A stretch of DNA of 64,000 nt from the human T2T-CHM13v2.0 reference genome, Homo sapiens. The translations under genes and the position numbers were made by a program. The DNA lies in NCBI RefSeq assembly GCF_009914755.1, contig NC_060942.1; one strand, given 5' to 3'. Below, one piece after another: positions 45,803 through 59,883 of the stretch (position 1 is its first letter; every line of letters starts with the position of its first letter). Under the pieces are notes generated by a model. That model was not told the DNA's origin. It ran no database searches and saw only the letters and a list, made by a program, of their open reading frames with translations.

Positions 45803-46343
45803 TGTGTAGCACCTGCCCCTAGGTCTCACTTTATATTGTAAGGCCTGAAATTTCTTTCATGTGATACCTTGATGTCTTTGAGCCTCACGCAGCCCCAGAG
45901 GCCTAACTGAATTCCCCTGCTCTTCCCAGATATGCCCCCATTTAGCAAAGAAAGGCTCCCACCATCATAGTTCCTTCAATGGCTGGACCAACCGCACTCC
46001 ACCTGGTCCTCAACCCAATGTGTTTCATGCCCCTCCCAGCCTGCAACATTATTCAAACAAGCCAATCACATGCTCCTGCAGGAGCTGGGGGCATCTCTGG
46101 CTCTTGTTACTATGAAGCTTGCCTCCCGCAGTCCCTGCCAGCTCACTCTTCTCTAGAGTGCAACCCCATGTGATCCTGCATGTAATGAGCTGTCTTCCTC
46201 CTCTGGGCTGTGAGTCTACGTGACAAATAAACTGCTATGAACCTCATCAGTCCAGTGTCGATGGTATGTGTTTGGCCATCCCCAGAGCCCTAGGGCAGGA
46301 ATCCCTCCTTCACCAATGAGGTAAAAAGGAGATAGACAAGACA
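45803..46343 (+). mobile_element. ERVL-type solo LTR (MER54/MER73-like group)
   Basis: TG...CA ends, CCAAT, AATAAA (~46226), near-TSD CTCAC/CTCTC; subfamily uncertain. Confidence 0.55.
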
Positions 46344-48168
46344 CTCTCGCTCTGCTCCACCGACTGTTAAGATGTGGCTTTAGACAAGGATTGAAAGCTC
46401 ATTCCTTCTAAGGTGAAGACTTAAAGAAGTTTAAACATTAGTTATTTTGTAAGGGGGGATACATTTTAATAGGCATCAGTATTTGGTTAAAGTTAGAAGA
46501 GCAGAGTTCTACTAGGGCCTAGGAATGAGGAAAGAAGAGAAATCCTAACTCAGTGGTGTCCTGTGCCCCATGAATGTACTCCTTGGCTGCTGCCTGTTGT
46601 CTACTTCAATCAGTGACTGTGTTCAGAAGCCGTGTGGCACATTTCTGCCACTTGCTGAGTGATTTTAGGGCAAGGAACCTCATATCTTTGAGCTTCACTC
46701 TACTTATCCCTCAAATAGTAAAACCAATACCTGGTCCTCCTATGCCATTTGTGCCCAATGTGCCTGGCATGCTCCTGGCACTGTGTCTGCCCTCTTCTCC
46801 TCTTCCCATCTGTCTCTCATTTTCTTGGCACCTACCAGGCACCAGCCACATTGCCTCATTCAGTAAATATTTAAGCAACACTGATAGTGTGCCAGGGACT
46901 GTTCTAGGTACTTCACTTTCATTGAAGTATGCCTATAAACTTAAAACAACAACAATAAATGAATTCTGATTTTTTTTTTCAACAAAAGGAAGGCAGCATT
47001 CTGAAATAGAGAGTGTTGTGTTGCATTTCAGACAGACCCAGATTCCAGCCCTGAAATTTAGTACTCAAGCAGTGCTAGGTGGATATGCAGCAGTGAGCAA
47101 AGCAAAGAGGAAGTATCCTTGGTTCCCATGCCAGCATTTTAATCTCTCTCCCCTTCAGCTGTCTCATCTGCACAATGGGCATATGAATACTTACTCTGGG
47201 GGGTAATTGTGAGGACTGTTGCTAATCCCGTGAAGTCTTTACTGACACTCCATGCCTGGTCAACAGTCCCTTCTGCCCCATTAGCCCCAAGAGATGTGAC
47301 AGTGCCTTCCTTTGTGCCATGTGGCCCTATGGACACCTGTGCCTGCACTTGTTATATGAGTATTGCATTTGCCCCCATTAGGTTGCAAATCCAGACATTA
47401 AAACCCTGCATCTTTCTTTATGACCACACCTGACACTTAGTAGGCACTTTTGAATGTTTGTTGAAGGCTCCTGGTGCACTGGCTGTGGTTGTTAACAACT
47501 CGCACATTGGAATGAAGACATCCAAATCTGTGCCCTTTGCTAAAGCTGTCACTCTGGCTACCCAGTGGAGCCACCACTACTCAAAGGGGTTGGCCCAGAA
47601 CTCAACTCTTGGCTATGCTTTTGGGCCATTCTTGAACCACCCCCAAAACTTGTCTCTTTCCTTTGTTTTATGTCAAATTTTCTACCCAAATAAAAGTCAC
47701 CATTTTCTTTAGTCTTAAGTCTTAATTCTGAATCTATCAACACCAAGGATATCCTAGTCTCTAAAGCTGTAAAATGTTTCATACAGTTACATTGTTGTTA
47801 TCTGGCAAAAAAGCCACAGCCAAACCCACCCTCAGGGATGGAAAATTGTTGCCACCATTAAAAATTATCCAAAAGAATACTCATTAAGCAATGAAAGGAA
47901 TTCCAGAAGAGACATTAATATGTTTTGAACAATGGGATGTCAGAAAAAGAAAGGAATTTGAGAGAAAGTCTTTTCATTTAAATGAATGAAAAGAAACCCA
48001 ACCCCATTGCTTACAGTTACCCTGTGCCCCAGAGAATAGGGGGAAGGAAGGAGTGAGCTCAAGGAGCAACAACACAAGAAGTGTCCAAAATAATAAGACC
48101 CACAGTGGCTTATGCGCCAACCATTCTCCCACACTTCCTGATTTGTGATTTCCTCCACTTATCAGTAG

Positions 48169-48478
<310 letters not shown>

Positions 48479-49645
48479 GAGGAACCCTTCCTAGTGGTCT
48501 TGTTTGTGCCACAAGATAATTGATGAAAATATCTCCTCCAACTAGACTTTTCCCAGGTGTAGTGGGATTGGCCATCCAGGCAAGGCTGTGAATGTCCCTG
48601 GGCTGGGGCCATGGATACAGCAAAGAGGAGCCAGGATAGAAAATCATGAGCAGCCTTAGGGTGGCACCAGGGAGGAAGAGTTTACTTCCATGCGTGGGTC
48701 TCAGGATGGCACCAGGGAAGAAACAGGGGTTCTGTTGGACCATGAAAGCCTGGGAGCACTGGGAGGTGCCAATGGATCAGAGTTGGGAGGGAAATGGGGC
48801 CACCCCAAGTTGAGAGAGCAGGGCTAGTTACTTAGCATCTAAACGGCTCAACTAAAAATGGGCATAAGCAAGATATAGTTTGTGGACTATCTACTTAGAG
48901 CATTGTAAGTTCTAATTCAGTGTCACTCATTCTCCATGTGACCTTAGGATGTTGTTAAATCCCTCTGTACCTCAGTTTGCACATCTGTTAAAAGTGGAGG
49001 AATACATGACTTGTGTATCTCACCAGATTGTTCTGAGGATAGAATGATCTATTCCATTAGAAAAATTATTCATTCCTTCATCCATCCTTCATTCATTCAA
49101 ACAATCATCTATTGGGCCCTCTAGGCTTCCATCAAGAGCAGGGGGTGGGGAAAGACGTGGATGTGAAATTTTATTCAGATTAAAAACTACAACCAGCTCT
49201 ATTAGGAGACAGAATTGGAGAATAATGACTAGAGACAGCTGAGCATTAGCTTTGGAAATGCTCTCTTGGCCCCTAAACTGCTGGTAATTGTATCTTTTCT
49301 CTCCTTTCATTAACTGTTAAAAAGGTAAAATCTCAATATAGATAGAGGGGCATCTCTGGTAAGAAAGGCAGCCAGGAGCAGGACAAAACTGGGCTCTGGG
49401 TTGGAGTGCCGAGGCAGTTTCTGGGGCACTACCCAACCCTCACCCGTAGCTGGCTTGCCTACACTGCCCCTTCCTCTTGAGCAAATCCCAACCCTCCACT
49501 AGGAGATGGGAGAGCTTGGCATCTTGCTTCTCTGAGCAAAATGAAAGAATGCATGAGGCATGGACACACTTGACCTAGAGGTTGCGTCATCCCCTGAGAG
49601 ACAGCTTAACTTACTTGATAAAGATCCCAGAAGGAAGCCTCCCAG

Positions 49646-49827
49646 CTTCCCTTATCCTTGTTGATACTGGTCAAAAAACCTAATTGCTTTGTCTGAGCTC
49701 ACATCCTTCCCTTCTCTTGGTTGATATTGGTTGAAAGATTTAATTGCTTTGTCTGAGCTTACACCCTTCCCTTCTCTTGGTTGATATTGGTCAAAAGGCC
49801 TAATTGCTTTGTCTGAGCTCACAACCC
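49646..49827. repeat. 60-bp minisatellite, ~3 copies
   Basis: TAATTGCTTTGTCTGAGCT at 49681, 49741 and 49801 (exact 60-bp period). Confidence 0.95.
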
Positions 49828-51132
49828 TCCACTTTTTACTGCGTTCTCGGGGTCAGGACAGTTGCTAGGAGCCCCTAAAGGAAGATTAGGACGAGGTGAA
49901 AAGGTAAGGTCTAGGGCTGTGTTTACTCTCCCATGGCAACCTGTGTGACCCAGAGAATGAATGAGGAGGCAGCAGATAAGGTTAATCAGCACAACAAGCT
50001 CATTGCTTCATAGGGACACTGGTTACAATCCTAGTAAACCCCAATAATTTTTTTTTCAGATAAAGGAAAAAAATCGTGGAGTTTTTTACTGTTGCATTCC
50101 CCCAGAAAATCAGGCTTTTCAGAAGATGGCTTGACCATTGTCTGTAAACACAATTAGTCTGGAGTCCCTGCCACACGGTAGTAAAGATGCCTTCGAGAAA
50201 AGCATGAGGGAGATTAAATGATTACATTAAGACAGCAAATACATGTATGATAAAGTTTTATGAGCTCTTTTTCCAAGAAAGGGGCTCCATAAAAGCAATA
50301 TTTTATTATCCTTGTTCCAAGGCTGAGGGAAATGTAGCCTCCCTTATTCAACTTGAGAGTTTGTGACTATATTTATCCATTCATGAGTATCTTTTAAAAA
50401 CATTTTTTTCAAGAAAATTCAGACAAAGCATCATATTGGTGTTATTAACATTGTTTAGTGCTGAATCTTTAAATATCTTGTTTTATCCTCTTCTGGGCAG
50501 TAGCTCAAAATTTCTCTCATAATATAGCAAAACTTTATTGTAGCAAAGCAGACATTAAAATATTAATAGAATGTGATCCCTTGCTAAGATTATGAGAGTT
50601 CCTTCTTTGTAGGATTTTAAGAGTAAGTTCATAGACTCTCAGGAACAGGCTAAAAGCTGACAGATAGGTTAATGGCGCTCTGAGCACACTGTTACATTTT
50701 CCGCAAGCACAACTGTTAAGAAAAATGAGAATTTTTGTTCGAGGTGCCCTACCAATCCTTGCAGCTAGGGGTTTACAGCCCAAGACAGGCAGATAGCAGT
50801 AATGAGTAACATCATGCTGTTCTTATTATACAGCAAAACTAATGTAATGCAGGCCAACGTTTTACAGTAGGTAAAGGAAGCATGTACCTACATACAGTAG
50901 ATGAAAATGAAATTATGGGAGCCACACATTAGTACCAAGCACCACTGGTCTTCCTGTTCATTGACAAAAACATCCCAAATAAAATGTTTCTGTTGTTATT
51001 TTTCTATAGTTATAGAAGCTATACAGTCATAGAAATATAGTAGCCAGAAGATCACTGCTCTTCATTTCTAAAGAGTGTAAACTATGTCCAAAAGGTTCAT
51101 TTCATGGAAACATCATGGAAGTTCTGCTTAAC

Positions 51133-51672
51133 TGTATTAGGCATCTATTGCTGCATAACAAATGACCCTAAAACTTAGTGACTTAAAACAACAACTAATA
51201 TTTATTATCTCACACAGTTTCTGTGGGTCAGGAACGCAAGAGTGGCTTGTGGCTGGGTAGTTCTGGCTTATTATCTCCCATGAACTCGAATGACAGTTGG
51301 GACTGCAGTCATCTGAAGACTGGACTGGGGCTGGAGGATCTGCTTCCAAGATGGCACACTCTTGTGACCAGCAAGCCCATGCTGGCTATTGGTGAGGTGC
51401 CTCGGTTCTTTACAACACTTGGATCTCCCCACTGGGCTGCTTGGGTTCCTCACAGCATAGCAGTCAGCATCCTCCAGAGTTAGTGGTCCAAGGGAGAGCA
51501 AGGAAGAAGCTGAAATGTCTTTTATGACCTAGCCTCAGAAGTCATACACCATCCTTTCTGAAATATCTTACTTAGCAGTACAGGTCAGCCTTATGTGGGA
51601 AGGGACTACACAAAAATGGGAATACTAAGAGGCGAGAATCACTGGGAGCCATCTTGGAGGCTGGCCACCATA
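51133..51672 (-). mobile_element. MLT1F-like MaLR solo LTR
   Basis: TGTATTAG...CTATTGCTGCATAACAAA...GCCATCTTGGAGGCTGGCCACCA; 5-bp TSD TTAAC (51128-51132, 51673-51677). Confidence 0.85.
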
Positions 51673-52409
51673 TTAACTTACCTGAGTCTTCACCTTGTCT
51701 TCTACCCATGGTAGCAGTATTTTTCTCAATGTCTTTTTGTGTTTTCCTCAAGATGGTATTAATAAAAGGCATTTGGCAAAAACAAATACCTACTCTTACC
51801 TTACCCTTACCACACACACATACACCAACACTACCAACAACAACCTTCCGTGGTGAAAATACACATGGTAAACTATGTTGGGAGATTTGCAATTCACTTG
51901 TGATAAAAGCTTTGAAGTACACTAGTGAGGAGATGTGTTTGAACTCCCAGCATTTCTTAAACTCATTTTACATTGAATTCTCCTTCAAGGAACATACAAA
52001 ACACCATGACCATAAGGGCATAATTTGATAAAGATCTTTCTGGGGTTGTTCCATGTTAGGGGCAATCTGTCTTTAAGTTTGGGAGCCTGCCCAAGGAGGT
52101 TTCTATGGCTCTGTGACATTTTTGTGGGAATTCCAGTGGGGTGGAGGGGACATGTGTGTTGGAAACCACCTGCTTCCCCCACCCCCCTAATAATTGCAGT
52201 TCCAATACTAACTCTTCATTCCCAGCAATCATAAGACTTTAGGCAAAAGCATCCAAAAATTAGTTGGGGATTATCCTATCACCCATTTTTTTTTAGAAGA
52301 AGGGGTTTCTTCTTGAATGTCATATTCGTTGCATTTCTCCTTAATAAAGAAAAGCGAACATGGTGGTAGCAGTCTTCCTGAAGTACCTTGGGTCTCAGGG
52401 AAGAAGAAC

Positions 52410-52625
52410 AGCATCATGGTCAAGCACACAGACCCTGGGGTCTGAGGCCTTCACTTCCCAATCCTGCTGTCGCATGCATAGCCTGAGTAAGCTTGGGCAA
52501 GTCCCTCTAACTCGTTTATGGCTAAGTTTCTTTTTCTGCAAAATGAAAATAAAATAATAAAACTTACCTCACAGAACCGTGAGGAGTATGTGAGCTGAAA
52601 CTGATAAAGTCCTCATCCTATACAG
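52410..52625 (+). mobile_element. MIR SINE
   Basis: CATGGTCAAGCACACAG...TTGGGCAAGT...CTGCAAAATG...ACCTCACAG. Confidence 0.6.
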
Positions 52626-53384
52626 ATGCTTTCCCATGGCAGAGTACTAGAGAGCACTCAACCATGAGTTCTCATGTAAGAGAGGAGGCAGACTAGAAAA
52701 GCTGGGGGTTCTGCCATCACCACAAAAAACTTACTAACTTTGAGTTGCCAGAATAATAGAGAAGCAGGTGAGAAAGAGTCTTGACCAACAAGAACTCAGG
52801 AAAAACTAAGAGATGGAAGAAGAATTCAGCAAAGAACCAGGAATTAGGAATGGGCCCATGAAAGGGTAGGTGTGTGTCAGGAGCATGTTGGATGTCACCG
52901 GCACTAATTTTCCAGTGATTTAGTGACTTTATCAGTGCACAGGAATGGTGCAGCCTTATTATCGAATTGCAGAGTTAAAAGAAATGTCACAGATTAGCCA
53001 GCCTGAAGCCTCATTTGATAGTTAAAGGAACAGAAAACTACATCAAGGAAGCATGCCGCCAACAGCCCATGGACTGTCAGACATGAACCCAGGCTCCTGG
53101 TGCTGGGGCCTGGGTCGTTTTTTTCAAATAAAACATGTCTTAAGTGAATTTTAACAATCTCCTGCTAAGACAAAATTTTCCTGATAATACAGGCCCCATA
53201 GCATTCTCTTGGATGGATGCTGTGTGCTCTCTCTGACAAACCCAGATTCTAACAAGTATCACGGGTCCGCTCTGTCACAGTCATTGAGTGTCAGAATAGC
53301 TGTCTACCAAGGGTGGGGTTAGAACTTCATAGTTGCCAAACTGTGAGGGAAACCTGGTTCTATGTGTTGTTACAATAACACGGA

Positions 53385-53605
53385 TTTTTTTTCTTTAATT
53401 AACTTCATTGAGGAATAATTTACATACATTAAAACACAGATTTTAATTGTACAGTTTGGTGAGTTTAGGGAAATGTATACTCCCAAGTAACCACGACCTC
53501 AGTCAAGAATTAGAATATTTCCATCACCCCAAAAAATTCTCTCATGCACCTTTGCAGTCACCTCCTTCTGCCCCACATGCACACCCCCAGCAAACACTGA
53601 TCTGG
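53385..53605 (-). mobile_element. Old L1M 3' fragment
   Basis: TTCATTGAGGAATAATTTACATAC...AGAATATTTCCATCACCCCAAAAA. Confidence 0.7.
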
Positions 53606-54745
53606 TGTGACATTAAGTTTTCAGTCAACCGAAGTTGGAATAATCCTGGCTTGGCCCAAGCACTGCTCTGGTGCCCTGAGGAAGGAAGGGCAACTCTGTG
53701 ATCTGCTTAGGAGACAGACAGAGGAAGCAGTAAAGTTGCAACGCCCCTTGTATGTCAACTAAGACCCAAATGACAAGGGATGAGGTGATTTGACAAGTAT
53801 GGAGGTCACTGCGGGCCAACACGGTCAGGGAGGTCTTGCAGGTCTGAGGAGGGTCTGTGGAAGTTGGCAGGTGTGGATGGCTTGGTGTGAGAAGGGAGGG
53901 ACAAGGAGGAGGTTGGGCAGCCCAGCAGCGGACGAGGCAGCCAGGAGCTGACCTCCAACGTTCATTGCCCTTTCGTGAACTTGTCAAGGAGTCCTTGGCT
54001 GGAGGCGGGTGCAGGATTCCTGCCGAGCAGCTGCAGGATGCGAGTGAAGTCTGGGATAGGAGGATCAGGTTGTTTCTGTCATTATTGCATAATACAGCAT
54101 ATGTTGCATTAACATACATTATTTACTAAATAAATGCAGGTTTAAAAAAATGTCAGACTATGATCCTGCTGCCCTTTTGCTTTTGAAAATGGCCTTGGTG
54201 CCTCTCAGCCCTTGGCCAGCCCTCCTGGGCTTCAGGGAGCTTGGGAGTGTGAGCATTTGCCAAGCCTCTAATGACAGGGGCCCATTAAAGCACATGGCTG
54301 GATTCCTGGAACCACCCGTTAGATTAAGAAATGGAACCGGAGAATTAGTTTGATGCATGCCCTGCCAAGGAGGGACCCGCGTCCTCATGGTGGTGGCTCC
54401 CCGGAGGTTGAAGCAGATGGGGAAGCTGTGTTCAGGTCATTACCACTGTGTCACCAACAGCAGGCGGGCTCTGAGCAGCCCTCCCCACCCCACCCACTCC
54501 CATGCCAGGCAGTTCAATTCCTGTGGCCACTAGGGTCCATGCTGTCAGTAGCAAGGGGCATTACACAATGAAGAAAAAGAGGAGAGGGGCAGGCATGTGA
54601 AATCATGAACAGAAATGAGAACATACCCCATGCCAGGCACTGGACTAGAGGGAGGGTCAGACACCATTCCTGCCCTCAGTGAGGGTGATGGAGGAGGAAT
54701 GAGGCCAGTTAATATCCTATGGTAGGTGAGAAGTAGTAAGGGTCC

Positions 54746-55639
54746 TGTTATGGGCTAAATTTTTTCCTCTTCAAATTCATCTGTTGAAGTCTTAACCTCA
54801 GCACCTCAGACTATGGCCTTGTTAGGAGATAGTCTTTACAAAGGTAATCAAGATAAACGGAGGTCATTAGGGTGGACCCTAATCCAATATGACTGGTGAC
54901 TTTATAAACAGAGGAAATCTGGACACAGGCAAAGAAGGGAAATGACATGAAGAGACACAAGGAGAAGATATCCCCCTACAAGCTGAGGAGAGAAACCTGG
55001 GACAGATCCTCCCCTCACAGCCCTCAGAAAGAACCAACCCTGCCAACATCTTGATCTTGGACTTCCAGCCTCCAGAACTGTGTGACAATATATTTCTGTT
55101 ATTTAAACCAGGGGTCCCCCTGGTACTGGTCTGTGGCCTGTTAGGAACCAGGCCGCACAGCAGGAGGTGAGTGGCAGGGGAGTGAGCATGACTGCCTGAG
55201 CTCCCCCTCCTGTCAGATCAGCGGTGACAATAGATTCTCACAAGAGCATGAACCGTATTGTGAACTGAGCATGTGAGGGATCTAGGTTGCATGGTCCTTG
55301 TGAGAATCTAGTGCCTGATGATCTGTCACTGTCTCCCATCACCCCCAGATAGGACTGTCTAGTTGCAGGAAAACAAGTTCAGGGCTCCCACTGATTCTAC
55401 ATTATGTTAAGTTGTATAATTATTTCATTATATATTACAATGTAATAATAATAGAAATAAAATGCACAACAAATGCAATGTGCTTGAATCATCCTGAAAC
55501 CACCTCCACCTGCCCTGCACCAGCCCGTGGAAAAACTGTCTTCCACGAAACAGGGACTGTTGCCACAGAGTTTGGGGGCCACTGCTTTAAGCCCCCAGTC
55601 TGTGGTACTTTGCTACAGCAGCCCCAGGAAATGGGTATA
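54746..55639 (+). mobile_element. MLT1B-like LTR interrupted by MER1A
   Basis: TGTTATGGGCT...GAGGTCATTAGGGTGG...CCTAATCCAATATGACTGG; resumes CCCAGTCTGTGGTACTTTG after the insert. Confidence 0.85.
55109..55584 (+). mobile_element. MER1A-like hAT-Charlie element
   Basis: CAGGGGTCCCC...GGGGGCCACTG terminal inverted repeats; 8-bp near-TSD ATTTAAAC/CTTTAAGC. Confidence 0.88.
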
Positions 55640-55903
55640 GACCCCATGGGAGAACACCTGAAGGGCCCTTGAGCAGAATGAGGGGTCAAGGAAGGTTGCC
55701 TGGACTGAAGAATGTCTAGGCTGAGACCTGAATGACAAACAGGAGGTTTCCAGTAGGGAGGGGAAGGGGTAGTGTCAGTGAAGAAGGAGGAAGGGACATC
55801 TGGGCAGAGGGCCTGGCCAATGGCCCTGCAGTTGGGGAGGCCCTTTGGGAATTGCAAGTCTGTGGGACTGGGGACAACACTGAGTCAGAAACCCAAAGGA
55901 GGG

Positions 55904-56294
55904 TGATATGGTTTGGATGATTGTCTCCTCCAAATCTCCTGTCGAATTGTGATCCCCAATGTTAGAGTGCAGCTTGGTGGGGGGCAAATGCGCCATGGGG
56001 GTGGATCCCTCATGAATGGCTTGGTGCCCTCTCTGTGGTATGAGTTCTCACTGTATGATTTTAGTTTAAAAGAGCCTGGCACCTCCTGCTGTCTCTCCTG
56101 CTCCCTCTCTCACCAAGAGCCATGCCCGCTCCCCCTGCCTTCCCCCTTCCGGAAAAGCTTCCTGAGAGCCCAGCAGATGACGGTGCCATGCTTCTGGAAT
56201 AGCCTGCAGAACCATGAGTCAAATAAACCTCTTTTCCTTATAAATTACCCAGTCTCAGGTATTCCTTTATAGCAACACAAAATGGACCAGTGCA
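55904..56294 (+). mobile_element. MST (MSTA/B-like) solo LTR
   Basis: TGATATGGTTTGG...AATAAACCTCTTTTCCTTATAAATTACCCAGTCTCAGGTATTCC; near-TSD GAGGG/GAGAG. Confidence 0.88.
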
Positions 56295-57561
56295 GAGAGC
56301 ATCAAATGTCAAGGGAAGGAAATAGGCCTGAGGGTGGGAATGTCCAGTGCAAAGCAGGTTGCTCAGCATGGGTCTCTGGAAATTCTTGGAAATGCCCCTG
56401 TCTTCTACTGGCAGCTTCCTCCCCAGATTCTCACTTCAGACAGCAAGGTTGTAAACCCAGGCCACTGACCTTGTCTACACATTTGTCACTGTAGATCAAG
56501 AACAATTTTTTTTTTCCTGTAGTGATTGATTTATGCAGGTCTCTTGGATTGGGTTAATTGTCAACAATGTGAGCTCCTCCTGCAAGACAGGGAGTGGGGT
56601 TATCAGCACACTGTGTTACCCACAGTTCTTCAGACTGAGAGCTGCAGATGATGCAATCCTATGTTGACTTGCTCCTGGCCCTGCGGGGCGGTTGGGCTCA
56701 CCTGCCCACAGACAAGGCACGATGACTGATTGCCTTTCGTCAGTAATCGGCTTGACACGGAGCCAGCAAACTCCCAAAGTTAGATTAGGAGGTGAAGTAA
56801 TTGGCTGAGGACTTTGGATTTTAGTTTACTAATGTCCAAACAATAGGGAAGCTTTCTGAATGGAAACAAGCCAAAATATTTGGCCTTCAAAATCCCTTCC
56901 GGGGGCATGGAAGTGTGCTGGTTAAGGGTGGGGCATGGGTTGAACAAAGCCAGTGGGTGAGATGTATCTCCATGAGAGTGCACAAAAATCAGTGCTGCTG
57001 CCTTGTTGGTGAAAAAACAAGAAAGGAAATGCACAAAAAGTGAAACATTGTAGGATGCTGAGAAGGCAACACAGCACTTGCTTGGCAAATAAGTGGAAGT
57101 AGAAGGCTGTTAAAACTCAGAGTTTTGGCCTGCAGTTTTTGTTTCTCAGGAAAGTCACATGAGAATGAGCGATGAACTTTCTCAGGACCAATTTCTGGAC
57201 AGTGGTTTCTGTTTTATCATTCAGAGAAAGGCAGGGACTATTCTCCAATGTTTTGTAGGCTGTCAAGAGGGAGGATAAATCTGAGACTGCCTTTAAATAC
57301 TGGGTTTCAATTGCTTCCTTCCTTCCCAGGGCAGATATACAGTCTTCTGGTATGATTTAATGTCCAAGCTCAAGTGGCTGGTGTGCTTCTGCAGGATGCA
57401 GACAGCACTTTGCAATTATTTTTGTGTTCTCTGCAGAGGACAAGGTTCAGCCCCCAGTAGGGGGACATTCAGGGCTGATGGTTCTGTTAGGGAGGGAAAG
57501 TGGGAGAGCATGGTCACTGCTGGCCTGACTCCCTACTGCTTCTGGGAGAGACCTTCCTGTA

Positions 57562-57596
57562 ATCATCACCACCACCTTCATCATCATCACCATCAT
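57562..57596. repeat. (CAT/CAC)n trinucleotide tract
   Basis: Direct reading. Confidence 0.8.
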
Positions 57597-59401
57597 TGTT
57601 GTCTGCTGCTGATGTTGTGCTAGAAGGGGTGGAGGTGCTAATTACTTATGCTTTCTCCCCTCTTGGTTTTAGCCAATTAAGGAGCTCAATGGGATCAAAG
57701 AGTCAATTATAGTACCCAAAGCATAGGGCTCTCTGGAAAACTGGGCAGCAAGATCTTCCGTGTGGCTCTCCGGTCTGAACATACACATCCAACCACATGC
57801 CTGCTAAAGAGAAGCAGACTTCCCTTGTGGTTGGGGGTGGGAAAAGGAGGAGGGCAGTGAGCTCCAGAAGAAGCCAGGCAGGTCTAAGAGAACCAGCAAG
57901 ACATGTCCATGTCCCACTCAAGGATTCTGCTCTTGGCAAATGTGGCCTGGTGGATTTGCCTGGTTCTCCCTGATCTCCCCAAGCAGATAAGTCACTCTTC
58001 CTCTGGCTGGAGCAGCACATGATGGGGGAAGTTGGGGGAGAGACTGGAAATGTGTATCCTGATACTGGTCCCTTCTGGGCATGGCACAAGGTGGAAATGT
58101 AAGCAGTGGAGTCATAAGCATGTTCCTTTAATAACTGTGATGTTTGTGATCATCTCCTAGGTGCCTGGTAGTTTGATCAAGATAGTACAGTCTATACCTG
58201 ATTAATTTAAGGTAGTTTTGCTTGCTGATGAGGGCCCAGAAACCATGGCTTTACAGTTCCTCTAAATTGTCACAGGCTCCCTAAGTCAAGCTTTTGGCTA
58301 GCAAAAGGCTTTTGTTCTTGTACAGTTATCAGCAGGGGCCAGGACTGGCCACAGGCTGAGTCTGCCCTGGGTAGTAGAGGTCAGGAGCTGGGAAAGGAGA
58401 GGAATTTTCTCTAGTTTAGTCTTCCATGCCTCTGGCCAATAAGATTGGTTCGAGGATGAGGACTGATCCAAGGTAGACCAAGAGATATGATCTTGAGACT
58501 TCTGTTGGAATTTCTCTTTCTCAGAACTAGCAGCTCTCCTGTCAGTGGCAGTTGCTGACTATGGGTGATGCACACCTGCAGCTGCTCGGAGAGCCCTGTT
58601 AAGACATCCAGCCTGGGAGGAGAGCCAGTCAGGAGGAAACCAGAGATCAAGTTCTGATTATTGTGTTCAAGTACCTGGATCCCACTATGCCTGAGCCAGA
58701 GAGACCTTTGTGTCTTTAAGTGAGCCCATATATCCCCCCTCCTTTTTTAAGCTGGGTTTCTGTTGTGTGCAATCAAAAGACTTGCCTAATGCATTTGTGG
58801 ATCTTTCCAATGGAATAACCAGTGTTTAGATCATTGATTGTAGAAATAAAGCAGGAAACATACACACATAGTGAGATATGAGGATTCTCCGAGCCTCTAT
58901 GAGCAAAAGTAGCCCACTCCCACCTTCAAGCAGAACTGGAACCTCTGAGGTTCCAGTATATTTACTCTTCTGAATTTTAGGATTAACTCCAGGAGTGGTA
59001 GCTGAAGCTGTCAGCAGCCAGAAACATTTCAATTTGAGTTGATTAGTCCAGTTTTTTCCTTTATCAGAAGTGGAGAGAAGTGGGCTGGAAAGGAGTGAAT
59101 ATGCAGAAAGTGCTTTGGTATTTGGGGAGGAGCTAAGAAAGGTATAAGTGATGTGGTCAAGGTGACTGGGAAGGAAACAGAACACAGAGCGTTAGGATGG
59201 GGGTGGAGGGGACACTAAAGATGTAGGAAGAGATGAAGGTAGAAAACACCAAAAGTTTTACCTGTAGAGATGTCACAAGAAGTATAGCAAAGACAAAGTC
59301 TTCCTGAGTCATAAAGGCAAGGGTCATCCCTACCCTTGAACAATACTGGTCTAGGTGCCTATGTAATACATGAGGAAAATTGATACTGATAAAGACTATT
59401 G

Positions 59402-59569
59402 ACTGTTTCCTACCAGGTAATATTCAGAATGTCATCCCTCCTAGGCATCCTTGCATGTTAGAAGCTATGATATGAGATTATTGACAGAGTCTGTAATATT
59501 TTCTTGGTGAAATATACAATCTCTGAGTTATGCTAAGGATCATAGAACACTCTGGTATCTACATTTCAG
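59402..59569 (+). repeat. Copy A of a diverged ~170-bp direct repeat
   Basis: Aligns with 60819-60993; exact TTATTGACAGAGTCTGT shared. Confidence 0.85.
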
Positions 59570-59866
59570 AGTCTGACACTAGTGTGATTGCGGGTGTGGG
59601 ATTAGTGGGTGGGAAGATGGTGTGATCTGTGTGATTGTGGGTGGGTGTGGTGGGGGAATGGATGTGGTCTGAGTTAGATGGCATGTGCCTGTGTGTATCT
59701 GTGTGTGTAGTTGCGGTGGGAGGCACTGGTTTGAATCAGCATGGGGCTTGCCTTGTCCGACAGGCAGCTGTCAGCCAAGGGGCACTTCCAGTTGTAATTG
59801 AGAAATGGCAGTGTGCTATCTCTCCCGGAGTGGGATGATAGTAATTAATTGTTCATTGATCCCTGC

Positions 59867-59883
59867 AGGTCAGCTAGAGGTCA
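59867..59883 (+). promoter_or_regulatory. Perfect DR5 motif (AGGTCA-N5-AGGTCA), candidate retinoic-acid response element
   Basis: AGGTCA gctag AGGTCA; sequence match is exact, function untested. Confidence 0.4.

Noticed and set aside
49646-49827. CRISPR-like appearance (constant block plus variable block)
   Set aside because: The apparent spacers are homologous to one another, the DNA is primate, and there are no cas genes; it is a minisatellite
57360-57623. ORF with poly-His run
   Set aside because: Produced by the (CAT/CAC)n microsatellite; no other coding signal
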